Source: Camelus dromedarius (Eukaryota). Taken from it: a stretch of 64,000 bases of DNA. Made by a program: the position numbers and the translations under genes. The notes beneath the pieces were generated by a model. That model saw nothing but the letters and a program-made list of their open reading frames with translations, was not told the origin of the DNA and ran no database searches. Shown piece by piece: positions 40,001 through 53,599 of the stretch (position 1 is the stretch's first letter; every line of letters begins with the position of its first letter). The DNA is taken from NCBI RefSeq assembly GCF_036321535.1, contig NC_087436.1, positions 102,922,001 through 102,986,000 of the forward strand. Direction: 5' to 3'.

Positions 40001-43000
40001 GATAAACTGCAGAAGGAAACATTATGGCAATATAAGGAAAACATTGCATGTCATATTCCGTAAATTTTTTTTAAAAAGTTGTCTATGACTTAGTGACCTA
40101 GAATTAGCATCACGTTCTTTAAAATCATCAGATTTCATAAGCACAGAGATTTTGACAAGCATTTGTTCCTGGAGGGGGAAGAGGAAGTCCTGCTTCAAGT
40201 CCTAATGATCCTTTTTATCTTCAGAAGTGGCTCTGAAAACAGACAGTCGTTGAGTCCTCCCTTTTTTTCATTCACCACATACTTCACGTGCAATTCCTAT
40301 TGCCGTACCTCCAAACAGCATATGGACTTCACGCATTTTTCTGTCTCATGATCATCCTAGAGCAGTCCTCCGTCATCCCCTTCATTAAGAGCTATAGCTT
40401 TCTAACTGGACCTCTTACATTCCCTCTAAATTCTATGCAACCTAATCTTCACACAGCCACCACCTGCTCTTTAAAACTCTACAATAGATTAAATCATTTC
40501 TCTACTTAAAACAATTTGATGATTTTCAATCACACCGAAAAGAAAGTCAAAATTCTTCATCCTGACTTACAAAACTTCATGGATTGCAAAGTGATTTGCA
40601 ATCATCTGCTTTCTTTCCTGTAACACTATGCTACCCCTATCCTTATGCTTTCTTATGGTTGGGGGAAGAATGCTTAACTTATGCTCTTGCTATGGAAATC
40701 CACCTTCTTTTGGATAAAGAAGTCACAAGTGTAAACACAGGCACCCAACCCATGCAAGAAGCATGTATCTTCTTGCAATACAGTAAAAGCATTGCATCTA
40801 CCCCTGTCTTTTCATTCAATATAGCCCCTATCTACTCAATGCCACAGCCAAGAAACTGGAAGATCTCTATCTATGGTATATTCATGAGCTCCAGGGAGCA
40901 CATATTAAAATTCTGGGATGTATTACAGGACGGCAGTTTACTATTCTCTTCACTTTAATAGTAACAGTTGGAGGTTTTGTCTTACAAGAGGGCTTCAGTA
41001 CATCGTTGGTCACAATGACAACACAGGTGATGTTGCTGGAGTGCCCAGGCTTTATTTCAGGGCGGAGAGAGAAAAGAGCATGTTCAGAGGCAAAGAATCG
41101 CTGTGCTTGTGGGCATTAGCTGTCTAGGCTGCTCACTAACCATGGGTTACTGAAAGAGGAAAGGAAGAAAATGTCAAAAATTGCATGGCATGTGACACCA
41201 GAGATTGAGAGAGACAACCCCGGATGGACACAGATTTATATGAGAATTAATGAATTAATGAATTTTTGCTGAAAGGACTCAAATCACAGAAGAATTCGCT
41301 TTTAAAAGAATTGGGACTAAATTATTTTCCCATGCGGTGAGTAAATGATATAAACATTTGGACCTGCTTTAATGCATATCGTGATTCTTATTAAATCCAG
41401 CCTCACTTAAATCAGCTAGGAACAGGTGCTTACTAAACTTCAGCAGCAAAATAATTTTATTTTGCACTTGCGCAGCTTGGGAAAGGTTATGTTAGAGTTT
41501 ACTTTCTCCAGCACTTAGAGTAAATGGGCGGCTGTGATTATCCAACACAACCGTCTGAAGTTTAAGGGGCTCCCTTAAGTAAATCTGAGTGAGAATTTTC
41601 GTAAGTGCTTGTGAATTGAAACTGCAAGTGGCCTAACCTAAATCACAGAGGGAGTCATTGGAGTAAACACTCCTCGAAGAGCCAGCGACTCACCAGAGGC
41701 CAGATCTGTGGCAGTCTCATTCTCTAGCCTGGGATTGTGAATGGGAGATCTAAAAAAGGCACTTTGCATTTGTGAGCTCATGGAGCCTTTTAATGTCTGA
41801 TTAGCCTATCTCCAAATTCAAATTATTTGCTCAAGTAAATGTAACCACCATTTTTATACAATAATAATAATAATAATATTAATAGTAATAGTAATAATAA
41901 TAATAAAAACAGCATATAAAGTATTTTAAACATAATTTGATTAAAGCTATCATAAATGCTTAAAACTATATTCATACCTAATTCTTGATGGGAGTACTGA
42001 AATTTTTAATTTGACTGACTGGCTGGGTTAACTATGTCATGAGTTGAAGTTAGGAATGAATATTTACATAAGTGGCATTGTTATTTTATACGGTGTTCCA
42101 AGTAAATACAAGAAGTAGTTTGGTAATGCTAACACTGACATGCAGACTAGTTCCACCACATGGTCAACGTGAGTGTTATGAACATCACACGTCACTAAGC
42201 GTATGTGCATTTTGCATTTTGGAAATACGCTGTGTGACTGCAGTGTGCCAAGCGCCATGTGCGCTAGCTACTGGTAAATTAGGAGATATATGATTTTGGG
42301 CTCAAAATAATGCTTTCCTGGATTTTAAGAGTGCTGGATCCATTGCTGAAGATATAAAAGGATCTATAACATGACTGGATTGGAACTGTTTCAGTTCTGA
42401 AGAATAGGTTTACTATAGAACGTATATACTGAGACCCAAAAGCACAGGGGTAAGTTCCAGTTTCTAAAATTGAGGCATCTTTAGTGGAAATTTAACGTAA
42501 TCATGTTAAACATATTTATCACCCATGCCGTATTCTGTCTTCTCAAACTATTATCAGGTTTCTACATATGAGGAATAGATATTTATTTTGCTGCACATTA
42601 GCATCAGATAGAACAATCTAATAGTCAAAATTAATTTTTTTACATTTTTTAGAGCTTGTTAACGAACCGTCTCTCTTCCTCAGCCAGTGCTCATTTTTTT
42701 CCAACTTTATATATTCCAAATCTGTATCATCAGTACCTACTAGTGTACTTTAATCAGCATCACCAGTCTGAATAAGCCCTATGACCAACAGTGCTATGTT
42801 GACCCACAATCTTCTGCCACTCTTGCAGGTTTTTCTTTTTCTTTGATTTGGTTTTGTTAGAAATTGTCAAGCCTTCATACTTTGATTTTATTTTCTTACT
42901 GTTAACTATGATGGATTCTTTACGACTCATCTCAGCTTTGGAGTAAAAATTGAATTTAATTCTTACACCACCTGTACTCTGACTGTAAAATCTGGCGAAG

Positions 43001-45099
43001 TGGTCTGATACTCCCAGATGCTCAAGTATGTGGACCGATCTACCGAGCAAAGGGTCCTGATTTCCACTCGCTGTCATTTACTGTGTCACTGTCACACTGT
43101 TAGATTCCCCAAAGCTCTAAACATAGTATACAATAATACCAGTAAGGATTTGGCCTTGTCAGGAGAAATCTCAGCCTCTAATCTGTTGTCAGAGTATGAC
43201 TGGGCGCTCCAGAGTGTGTAAAGATGGTAAGCAAACTTACTGCCTCTTTAAAACCCATGTACTATTTCTTCCATAGAAATTTCCCAATATATTGTTTCTA
43301 TGTCTCTCTGAATTTCTCTTTTGCTCTCTCTCTGCCTCATTCCTGATTCTCCATTACACTCAGTAACAGACATAGCTGTAAATGTGAAGATTCATCAGCC
43401 AGAGGTGCTGAGGAAGTGGGTTTATAACCCCAATGTATTACTGAACATATTTCCTAAAAAATAAATGTACTACCCTGTAGGGACAGTACTCACATAGATT
43501 TCCCTTTACATGAGAGTCGATGAAAAATAAGCTGAAGTGCTTTAGGGTTCCCCCTTCTCAATGTTAAGGTAGGTTCATACTTTGCAGAATCTTTACCACC
43601 CTGCAAATTTTCCCCAAGTCTGTCTCCTTCCCTACCAAGGGATGCAAACCTGGCTCTCTGTGAGATCTTAGCAGGGCCAGGCACTCAGAAGAAAACTCAT
43701 ATGGACCTGAAATGTCAAGGCATAATGCTGTGGTTTCTAAGATGCTTTTAAAACTACACTGTGGTATGTAATGTGCGTCCCTGAGCTGCTTCTGAAGCAT
43801 ATTTTCCCACAGTAAACCTCTAGGAAATCTCATCTGCTCTCTGCATATTTCTTCATGAGGGTCTAACTGTCATTAAGGTTCTAATACACAGGTCAGCTTT
43901 ATGCTTGTGAGACAAGAGATCGAGAAATAGAACAGAGTGAATCAATAATTCAACAAAGCATGCAAGATAGTATACTTCAACTCTACAGTCTGCAGGCGGA
44001 CAATTTGTATCCTTTAAAGTTTGTGAGGTCTATATGCCAAGCTAATTCCCCTTCCTTTTCCATCCTCATTCATTCTGAAAAGGTGAATTGGGAAGTGCAG
44101 TTACACCCAGAGAATTGGACAAAGGATACTACAAAGAGGGGAAATGTTGCTTTTAGCAGGCTCAGCAAAAGAGACTGCAGACGCTGAGTGGCAGTTGTAC
44201 AAATGGTGCATAAATCCATTAACCCTAAACATCACGTAAAACATGAAGACCCATAAGTAAAATAGAAGTGACAAGACAGAGACTCATTTTACGTATTTCT
44301 GTAGATGAAGACAAACTCAAATTACTTAAGGATCTCTTCTTAAACTACAGTTTTCCTGAGCATCAGTGTAGCCCTGACAAAAGAAAAGCAAAAGACAAGG
44401 CAAACACGAGGCAAAAACTAAAATCAAACAAACGAAAATACAGACCATACTTAAGCTCAGACATGGTGGGAAAGAAAAGTAAAAAATGGCTTTTTGGTAA
44501 AACTCTTTTCTAAGGAGTACACAACCATAAATTGTTTGTATTCCATTTATATCACTACTTATCTGCATAATAGTATGTTTCTTTTAATTAACAGACATTT
44601 CTAAACTTACGAAATAATTACTTTTGCTATTAGACATGTTTTCAGATATTGAGAAAAAAGATGTTTCTAATTCTTTGTATCTTTACAGGTATACAGTATT
44701 CCAGCTGTCAGATTATTTTACAGCAAAATTGGTGGACTCCAGGGCTACATGCATTGTCAGGGCTTGTGAAGCTCTGTGGTCATGGTTTAATCAGTATGTA
44801 TAACCTTGCTATGTGTTGAAACTGGAAGTGATTATGTTATTGTAAGAAACCTGCGCCAGAACTCAAATCTCAGAGAAGCAGAAAGGCACAATCAGAAATA
44901 TAATATGTAAGAATTAGTCTATTTTGAAAAGAATTCAAGAGACAGTTGGGTTCAAAGGAGTAAAAGATAAAGGTAGAATTATGACACAGACACATTTTAG
45001 ATACTTGCTGTGAGAAGCCTGTCTGTTTATATGTTCAACATTTTTTCAGATGACTTTCAAGTTATATAGTTTCCTTTTAGGTAAATAACCTAAGACCAA

Positions 45100-46215
45100 T
45101 GACTTTTTGAATCTGAGCTTCTGATAATACCCTCCTACCCTCTGCTCAGCCTGCTTCTCCAATAATCTTTACTATCTCAGTAAATGGAAACTTCAAACCC
45201 CTAATTGTTCATGACCAAATCCTTAGTCACCCATGATCCTCTCTTTCTCTTATACTTCACATTCCATCCACTTGCAGATTCTCTTAGCTTTATCTTCATA
45301 ATGGTCAAAATGTATGCAGAAAATGAACATTTCTCAAGATCTCCCACTATGGTCCAGGTCACCATCATCAGTCACTGGGATTATGGAGATAACCACCCAG
45401 CTGGTCCCCTCTGGCCCTTCATTCCCCCTTTTACATCCCCACCACCTCAGACTGTCTCAACACAGCAGTCAAAGTGACTCTGTCATAGGTGAGTCAGATC
45501 CTTCCCTCCACCACTGACACCTGCCGTTGGCTCCCCATGTTAGTCTGGGTGAAAACTGAAGACTTCACCATGAGCTGGGAGAGTCTAACTTCACCTCCAA
45601 ATCCCCCAGTCTTTAATCTCTAAGAAACTATTTCCTATTCTGTTTCTCTTTATTTTACTCCAGGAATATTAGCTCATTTGTATGCCTTTCATCATTCCTT
45701 GTCCTTGGAACATCAACACCCATGCCTCAACCCACTGGCCTTGAATCTACATGGTTCACTGCCTCTTCTCCTCTGGCTTTTGCCCGGCTATCACCTTTCC
45801 AGTGAGTTATCTCCCAATCACACTGTTTTACAGTTTAACTCTGTTTCCACCCCTAGAACACCTTACATCATTCTTCATTTTTCTCTATCTTAAGCTTAAA
45901 TATTTTATTTAGCAGAAAAGTTGTCCTGATAATTGTCATGGATGTTCCAGGTAATTTTTAGTGGGACTGTTTACTACAAATCAATCGTCTAGGCAAATAA
46001 CCACTTTTTTCCTCTTCAGCTCTTACTCATCTTGCTAAGGGCCTTAAATATTATATAACTTACTTAGTTATTTAGTTTTTATACCTCCTCTTTCTAAAAC
46101 ATCAGTTCCATGAGAGGAAAGATCTTTGCCTCTTTTATTAAATTCAGTATGTCTAAAATTTAGAAATGTGCTTAGAATCCATTATTGTTCTATAAAATAG
46201 TAATTGAATAATAGA
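45100..46215 (+). mobile_element. L2 LINE 3' region
   Basis: tatctcagtaaatgg...ggtccaggtcaccatcatc...caacacagcagtcaaagtga...cagttccatgagagg. Confidence 0.7.
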
Positions 46216-46597
46216 ACTTTAGGGTTTTTGTTTTGATGCATGATAATGAGTTTCTTTGGTTTATTTCTTTACTTAACCTTTATTAGGCTACTGGATGTCA
46301 GGGCTTGGGGTGTAAGAAGGGGATACAAGCATGAACACAGGATAATTTTAGGCTTCAAAAATTTCAGGTATTTTTACTTAAAGTTTCTGCTAAAAGGATT
46401 TCTATGGGTCACAACACCTCTTCCCTCATCCTCTAACCCAAAACATCCTGAAGGCAGGATTTTGACTGTTTTGGTTTATTTTTTCAGTCCATATACTCAG
46501 CACAAGACCTTGGATAACTTGGCATTGAGTAAGTATTTTAGTATGGATGCACAAGTCTTGGATATAGTCTCTGTAAAGTGAGGAGGCTGACCTAGAA

Positions 46598-46750
46598 CTG
46601 GATTTCTCAGTGTTGACATTATGGTCATACTGGGCTACACTCTAGGTGCCAGTAGCACCCATCCTAACCTCCCGGTAGCCACAACTAAGAATGTCTCCAG
46701 ATTGTCAAATGTCCCTTGGGAGAAAAGTCATTTATCGTTGAGAATCACTG
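46598..46750. mobile_element. MER20 hAT MITE, internally deleted
   Basis: tgccagtagcaccc...aatgtctccaga...aaatgtccc...gttgagaatcactg; flanked by acctagaa / gtctagaa. Confidence 0.8.
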
Positions 46751-47744
46751 GTCTAGAAGAGTCTAACATTTTATAAAATAAGACTTTGAACTTCTCATCA
46801 ACTATTCTAATGGATCATCCAGGCCTCTTATTCTCACTCCTCTCACCTTGATTTTAACCACCAAAGATGTGCTGTCAGACAGTGCAGAAAATGAAAAGAT
46901 AACACATCACTGAGTTGCTCAACATTGCCCTGGTTAAAAGTTAATGAGTAAAGCTTTAATATTTCTGTACTCACTGCTCCTGTTAAATTAGCTCTGCCAT
47001 CACTCATTATTAAGGATATTCTTTTCTTATTACATGTGCAGAGGTGATATTTAAACTGCCAAGCACTTTGAGATGAATTGGCCTGCAGGTTGAAACAGAA
47101 ACTATTATATGTATCAAAAAGCTGATGAAATAAACACTTAGCTTTCTCTAATATTCAGTTCTCAAGAGATTATTGACTGATAGTTTATCCCGGAGTCAAA
47201 CACAGAACTGTCAAGATACCACAGCAAAAGTATCAAACATTTGATATTCAAACCTTCAAGTTTGTGAGATACAAATGAGTATAATGTCTTGTTTGTCAGC
47301 ACATGTTGTATCCATTGAATAAAACTGTGCAAAAAATATTTCCACCAACTACTATCTTTTTCTTTTACAATTCTTCAAATAATTAATCAGCAAAAAAGCC
47401 CTGAAACTTATTCTTCAGTGAAGTTCAGTCTCTGGAGAGCATTAATCAAATGAGTCTGCAAACATTTGAGTTCGGTATTCCTCAAGTCTCCATTATGTCA
47501 TAAGCAGACTGGAATCTTGTCAGCTCAACACATGCTGGCTACAGAGAAACTGCACTTCTTTAAAGTCAATCATCAATGTGATAGTATACAAGAAGCAGAA
47601 AAATTTCCACCCTTATCCCCCTCTTCACCTTATTTGTGCCTCCCCATTACTCATATTATAAACAGAGCAATCACTATCCAAAACTATAAAATAAAAGTCG
47701 GTTTGTTAGTTGACCTTTATCGTTGGTATTTGTAGGTTGGCTCC

Positions 47745-48080
47745 CGTATTGACCAGGATGGACTAGCGTGTGTTACTACAGCAAACAGCCCCCATGATCT
47801 TAGCAGTTTAAAGCAGAAAAGGCATATTTTTCGCATGCCACATATCTTGAGTAAGCAGAGGAGTCTTCATATTTTCCTTTGGGATCCCATATGGAGTCGC
47901 CTTATATCTGGACTACTGCCAACAGAGGATGAGACTTAAAGGCCTCATTTGTTGGCCAACTCAAATCACATAATTGTGCCTCACTTTAGGAGAAGTGAGG
48001 AGCATCAGTCTTGCCATGTGCCTGCCCGGTAGGGGGAGAATCAAAACTAAGGCTGAGTAGCAGTAATGGCTATCTCAGAG
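47745..48080 (-). mobile_element. Old MLT1 (MaLR) LTR
   Basis: gtattgaccaggatggactag...caaacagcccc...cttagcagtttaaagcag. Confidence 0.6.
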
Positions 48081-48339
48081 CTCCCCTTGTCCTTCAGAAC
48101 TGTCTGCTCCACTGTCATCACTCCTGTTATTTAAACATCACTTGGTTATAATCAATATTTTTCTGCTACCAAAATCCCTATGATGATAGGAAAAAATGCA
48201 ACAGATTATGTAATTTCAACAGAGGAAGAACTATGTATATTCTGACTTCAGAGAATGTGTTCGTCACAGTTGTGTCCTCAGCACCCAGAAGAACACCTAA
48301 AATGAAACTTAGATGTACTCAACTCAATGCTTGTTTGGA

Positions 48340-48340
<1 letters not shown>

Positions 48341-48382
<42 letters not shown>
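48341..48382. repeat. Pure A42 homopolymer
   Basis: Direct count; lies within a probable L2 3' tail. Confidence 0.95.
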
Positions 48383-48384
<2 letters not shown>

Positions 48385-48769
48385 AAAGAATGAATAAGGA
48401 GTAATTTTTAAAAAGTAGTAAGCTAACAGAATCTCTGAACTTTAAACCTAAAGAAATAATGAGATAATTACTTTGAATTCAGACAGAAAGTAGAAAATAT
48501 ACAAAGTAGAAAGAATATATGGTAGGCAACTTCCTATTGTTTTTTTTCCTGGTAATATCAGTTTTGTCCTGCCAATAACTCTGATACCAGTCTTATTCTC
48601 TCACTGTACACTTCAATCCAGGGTGATTTGGTAGAATTGGTAAGAGTAAAGTCCATATTCATATTTTGCTTTTCTATTATGAGGCAACCAACACCTTAAT
48701 CAAGGCTCATCCATAATAGACAATTGATGAAAATTTTGAATGGTTCCCTTCACCACTGAGGCTGAAGAT

Positions 48770-49255
48770 ATTTGCCATTTTCAGACATATATATTCAGAT
48801 ATAAACACTTATCCTGGAAAAGTCCACTTGCTACTCCATGGGCACCTCAACACATACAAGTTCAAAATGGAATGTATTAACTATACGTCCTTCCAAATTG
48901 ATCTTCCTTTGGCCCCCTACTCCATGAAAAGCACTACCAGTGACCCACACCAAAAACCTGAGCATTATTCTTGACTCTTTCCTCGTCTTTACTTCCCATA
49001 GACAACTGCTCATTAAGTACTGTTCAATCAACCTCTTCCCTATCCTTTAATTATTATTTCCAACTCTCCAGGTTCTCTGATAATGGCCTAGATCAAGTCA
49101 CTATCATCTTTCATGTGGTCAAGGCAACATTCTTCTGACTCTTTACTCCTGTGCCTTTGCAATTTTGTCTCCAAGTAATACACAGAAATCTGATTATACC
49201 ATTTTCCTGCTTAAAGACATTCAGTAGCTTCTTCTTCACTTAACATAAAATTGAA
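48770..49255 (+). mobile_element. L2 fragment
   Basis: ggcacctcaacaca...aaaaacctgagcattattcttgactc...ttcctgcttaaagacattcagtagctt. Confidence 0.65.
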
Positions 49256-50137
49256 CATAAAATTCATTTTTGTTTGTTTTTTATTCTTTTGCTTCTTCTT
49301 CTTTTATTTTTTTTTTTCAGTCTTATCTCTAAATAGACATAGAGTTGACACCAAGTCAACAGATTGGCCTTGAGCAGTGACGGTTTTATAAATCTTTGCT
49401 AGCTTTGGTGATAGTAAGAAAATAAAGCTTGGTAAGAACACATATATTATAGACTTTTTAAAAGTATCTTACCTCCTCTTGAAGAAAAAACAAAATACCA
49501 GAAAAGGTAGATATCTTAAAATCCACAGTTCAAAACCCAATGGATTCCATGACATCAAGCTGTCTGCCATTTTATTTTCTTTGATGTCAGATATGGACCT
49601 TGGATATTAGACCATTTCTAAATTTTTATTAATTTTATTACAACCTTCCTTGAGACACCATGTCATTATTTCTATATTGAAGATGGGGAAATGGAAATTC
49701 CAGTGCATTAATTGGTTTGCCTAAGGTCATATGCTTATTCTATGAGAGCAGTGAGAAGCTTTCAGTTTTATTTACCCCTTTTTCCTATTCTACTGCAAAG
49801 TTTTTCTGGGACATGTCAAAGTGGGAAGAGAGACTACTAGCTTGTACATCTTGGAAGATCAAATCAAGGTATCAAGGAAAAGGGGAATTATGTAGACTAA
49901 AATGAAAATTATGGGGATAATTTGGCTTTTAAGGATTTCTCGCTTTTTCTGAACCACACCATTTCTATATACAGATTCTCATTTCAGTATTCCTGGTGCC
50001 CCAAAGTGTAAGCCATATGCTTGCAAGACAAACAGCAGATACTTAAATAATTCAGAATGTGAGAAAAGATAAACATGATTATAATAAGGCTGTTTCCAAT
50101 ATGCTTTTACATACATTAAGTTACTTAACTCATTTTT

Positions 50138-50288
50138 TTTCTATTGAGATGGTTAAGTGGTTTCTGTCTTTTATTTTTTTTAATTTTTATTTATTGAGTT
50201 ATAGTCAGTTTATAATGTGTCAATTTTCAGTGTAGAGCACAATTTTTCAGTTATACATGAACATACATATATTCATTGTCACATTCTC
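50138..50288 (-). mobile_element. Young 5'-truncated L1 3' end, possibly carrying a short 3' transduction
   Basis: tttattgagttatagtcagttt...catgaacatacatatattcattgtcacatt matches the young L1 3' end; imperfect TSD at ~50121-50137 and ~50289-50304. Confidence 0.85.
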
Positions 50289-53200
50289 TTACTAATTCAT
50301 TTTTAACTATAATTTTACTTGTCTGTTGCCTATATATTTTTTGACTGTCAGCATAGTAAATGCTCAAAGTATATGTGACTAAATAATTTAAAGTAAATTA
50401 GAGAAGGCTATACTAGCATCACATTAAATAGCTCTAGAAATTCTGCTTCTGAGTTTTGATAACATTTGTAATGCTTATTGCTGCTAAGCTCTATAGCTAT
50501 CTTACATTATACTAAATTAATTAATTTTTAAATCAGGAAATATTTGTTGAGATTCTTGTTTTTGCTTGAAATTCTATACTTGATTATATGGTCCTCCACC
50601 AAAACCAAATTTGGGCTAACCACTTTCTCACTTCTTATCAAGAGCAAATTTTTTGAAATTTTATTTAGAAAGAAGATTTTGCTAAAATTTAGAGTGAAAT
50701 GAAATAATTATAAGTGCTAAAAGCTTCGACTGTACATCTAACAGCATCACAATTTAGTCTACAGTTCAGCCAATTACTTCTCTTTATACTTCTTAATTTC
50801 CTACTGAAGCTAGAACATCTTAGGCATGACATATATATATGGTAAGAGAGAAAGGATTTAAAGAAGATATGACGATAGCATATTTAATAGTTTTGGTTCT
50901 AGTTTTTAAATTTTATTTCTCTCTAAATAGATATAGGCTTATAAAAAGAGGGCAGTCATTGTGATCTTTGGGCATTTTTTCCTCACTCTCTTGTGAGAAT
51001 GAGCAAATACTGGGTTGGTAATTTAAGTGAGAGTAATAATCTAACAGTATCTTTAAGCTGACAGTGGAACTCACAAATCACCACTTTCTTACTTGCATGG
51101 CTGAAATCACTTCATTTCTCTGCACTTAAATATTTTCTTTGAAAAGTGTGAGAAACAATATTGACTTTACTCACTGTTAACTAATAGAAATGATTGCCAT
51201 GCTCTTAATAGATGCAAAGTGCTAACCAAATGTAAATATTAAATGAGGCAGTATGTCTCATGGAGTATTTCTCTGCTCTGTTAAAATGCTCGGTTGTCAT
51301 ATCTCCGTAAAAATCAGTTCAGATTACTATTGAAGATGTTCTATCAGTGAAACCATGGTAAGGTGCATTGATTTTTGAATGAAAAGGTGAAGTACTCCTT
51401 CTATGTATAGCTAGCATGTTTGAGAGACATTTGTAGCAGAAATCTATTTAAAAATGCTTGCACCATAAATAACTGGCAAAATATAGAGTGGGTCATTTGA
51501 CCAAAGACCAAACTGATTTTCTTAAAAAATAATGGTTTCTTTCAATAATGTAAAGCTGTTACTTCTAATTCCCTAATCACTTAATATTATTAATAGATAT
51601 TTTCTGACATATGCACATAGAACCTAGTGCTCCTTGGAAAATTTACTTACACAGTTAGAGCTATCACAAACCAGGGACTTTAAATGTAAAAAAAAAAAAA
51701 AATCATACAGCTAATTTCACTGCTCTCTGTCAGTGCAAACTAAATTAGAATAATCTGGGAATTCATCAATAAAATTAACATAGTAGATTCGATTCTGAGT
51801 ACCTTATGTGGAAGAATCAACCTTACAATGGCACCAACTGGGATATGTATCATGATAACCATTTTACAGATGAGAAAATAAAAGCTTAATATTCCTGTAG
51901 GAGAATACATCGACTTCTCTTTTTATGCATACTGTCGAATTAGGGAGAGGGTGAGTTCTAGGGCAGAAGAAGAAAGTGGGGGCAGAAGGAATGATTGAAC
52001 CAAGGAGAGACTGAGAACCATCCAGCCAATTGTTGGTTTATCTCCATGGATCTCAGTGAGAATCAACTATGAGCTTACTTCAAATCAAGATTTCCAGCCT
52101 TCATTCCTAACAATTCAGAGTCGTTAAATCTGAAGTGGGCCCTGAATTCTGAATTTTTAACCAGCTCCAAAGATGAGCCATGAACAATCTTAGAGAAAAA
52201 CTGCTCTAGTAAAACACACCCTTAGGTTTCCAAAGTCTTCCCTTAGCTCAGTGGGCTTTTACCCAGAAAATGGAGGCTACAAATATTCAGTATATTTCTC
52301 CTTCAACATCTCTGCTTATTTCATGTATTTCTACTTCTAACTGCTTTAGAGATTATTTATTACTAGAGATTATTTGATGTTCACTGACATCAAATGTCCT
52401 ATGTTTTCTCAGTTTTACTTTTATTCTTGTTATGGCAGAGGTGGTTTGACTCTAATGTGACTCTTCACCAGCACACAATTTCCAAGCAACCAATTCTGCT
52501 AAAATGTCACATACAAAATTCTGACACCTTTCCCGTGTTCTTCTAAGCATGACCTTATTTGGGGCCTGTCTTGGCCCTGGAAACCCACTGTGGCTTCACA
52601 CTTCCAGGCAACTGACATTTATTATAAGACAGAGCCCATCAGCTGGGAACAGATGAAGACTGATATGGGCTAACTTCAAGGTCTAGATACATATGTCATG
52701 TTATTTGGTGGTTGATGACCATCTTTCTCACAAATCTGCAAGGACAATGTGCATCATGTGTGACCACATAAGAGAGGGAACTGGAAATTTCCATTTCCCA
52801 AGGCTGCACATTTGCCCCTTCACCCGAGACAATGGGGCTTTTAGTGTCTTGGCATCCATTCACTCAACTCAGATGACATTCCCTTTGTCATCCGTATTAA
52901 TGGATGTACTATAACCTTATGGAAGTGTAAAAGGACATCTCAAAAGGCACTCCAGCTTTGCCTCTATTTCTAGTACTTTCAGAAGATGACATGACTGATG
53001 AATCAGACCTAAATGGAGCCATAGGCACTGTCGGTTACAAATACACGCTGCGTACACTGCCGCTAGTTCATGTGTCAGGAGGGCAGTGCATTTTTTTCCC
53101 CCTCAGACAATAACTTAATGTTAACTTCAAAAATTTCTCCTAGTGAAACAAAATAGGATTAGTATTACCATTAAATTACAATCCAAAATTACTATTGATG

Positions 53201-53599
53201 TTTATGTTTCGGAGAGCCTAGAAGATTTATTGACAGACGATGGTAACTCTCTGAGGCATAGATAACTGTATGTATAAATTTCTCAGGGATCTCTGGAACC
53301 CTTAAGGCCAGCCTGGATATTTGATTTACGTATAAATAAAAAGGAGGCTTTTTAGAGCAGGGACAACAACAGAATTTGATATCATGCAAAGTTGCACTTA
53401 AATGCTGACTATGACGTCACATCTCAGCTTGAGCTATAAATACACAGAAAATAATGCCTATCTCAGAAGGCCATTGGAAGAATTACATTAAAAGGATAAG
53501 TAATATAAAATAATTATACCATATCTGGCACATACCATGTTGTTAGGAAAACTTCAAGTGCCCAAAAGATTAAAAAACAAAATACGTCTAAAATATTAA

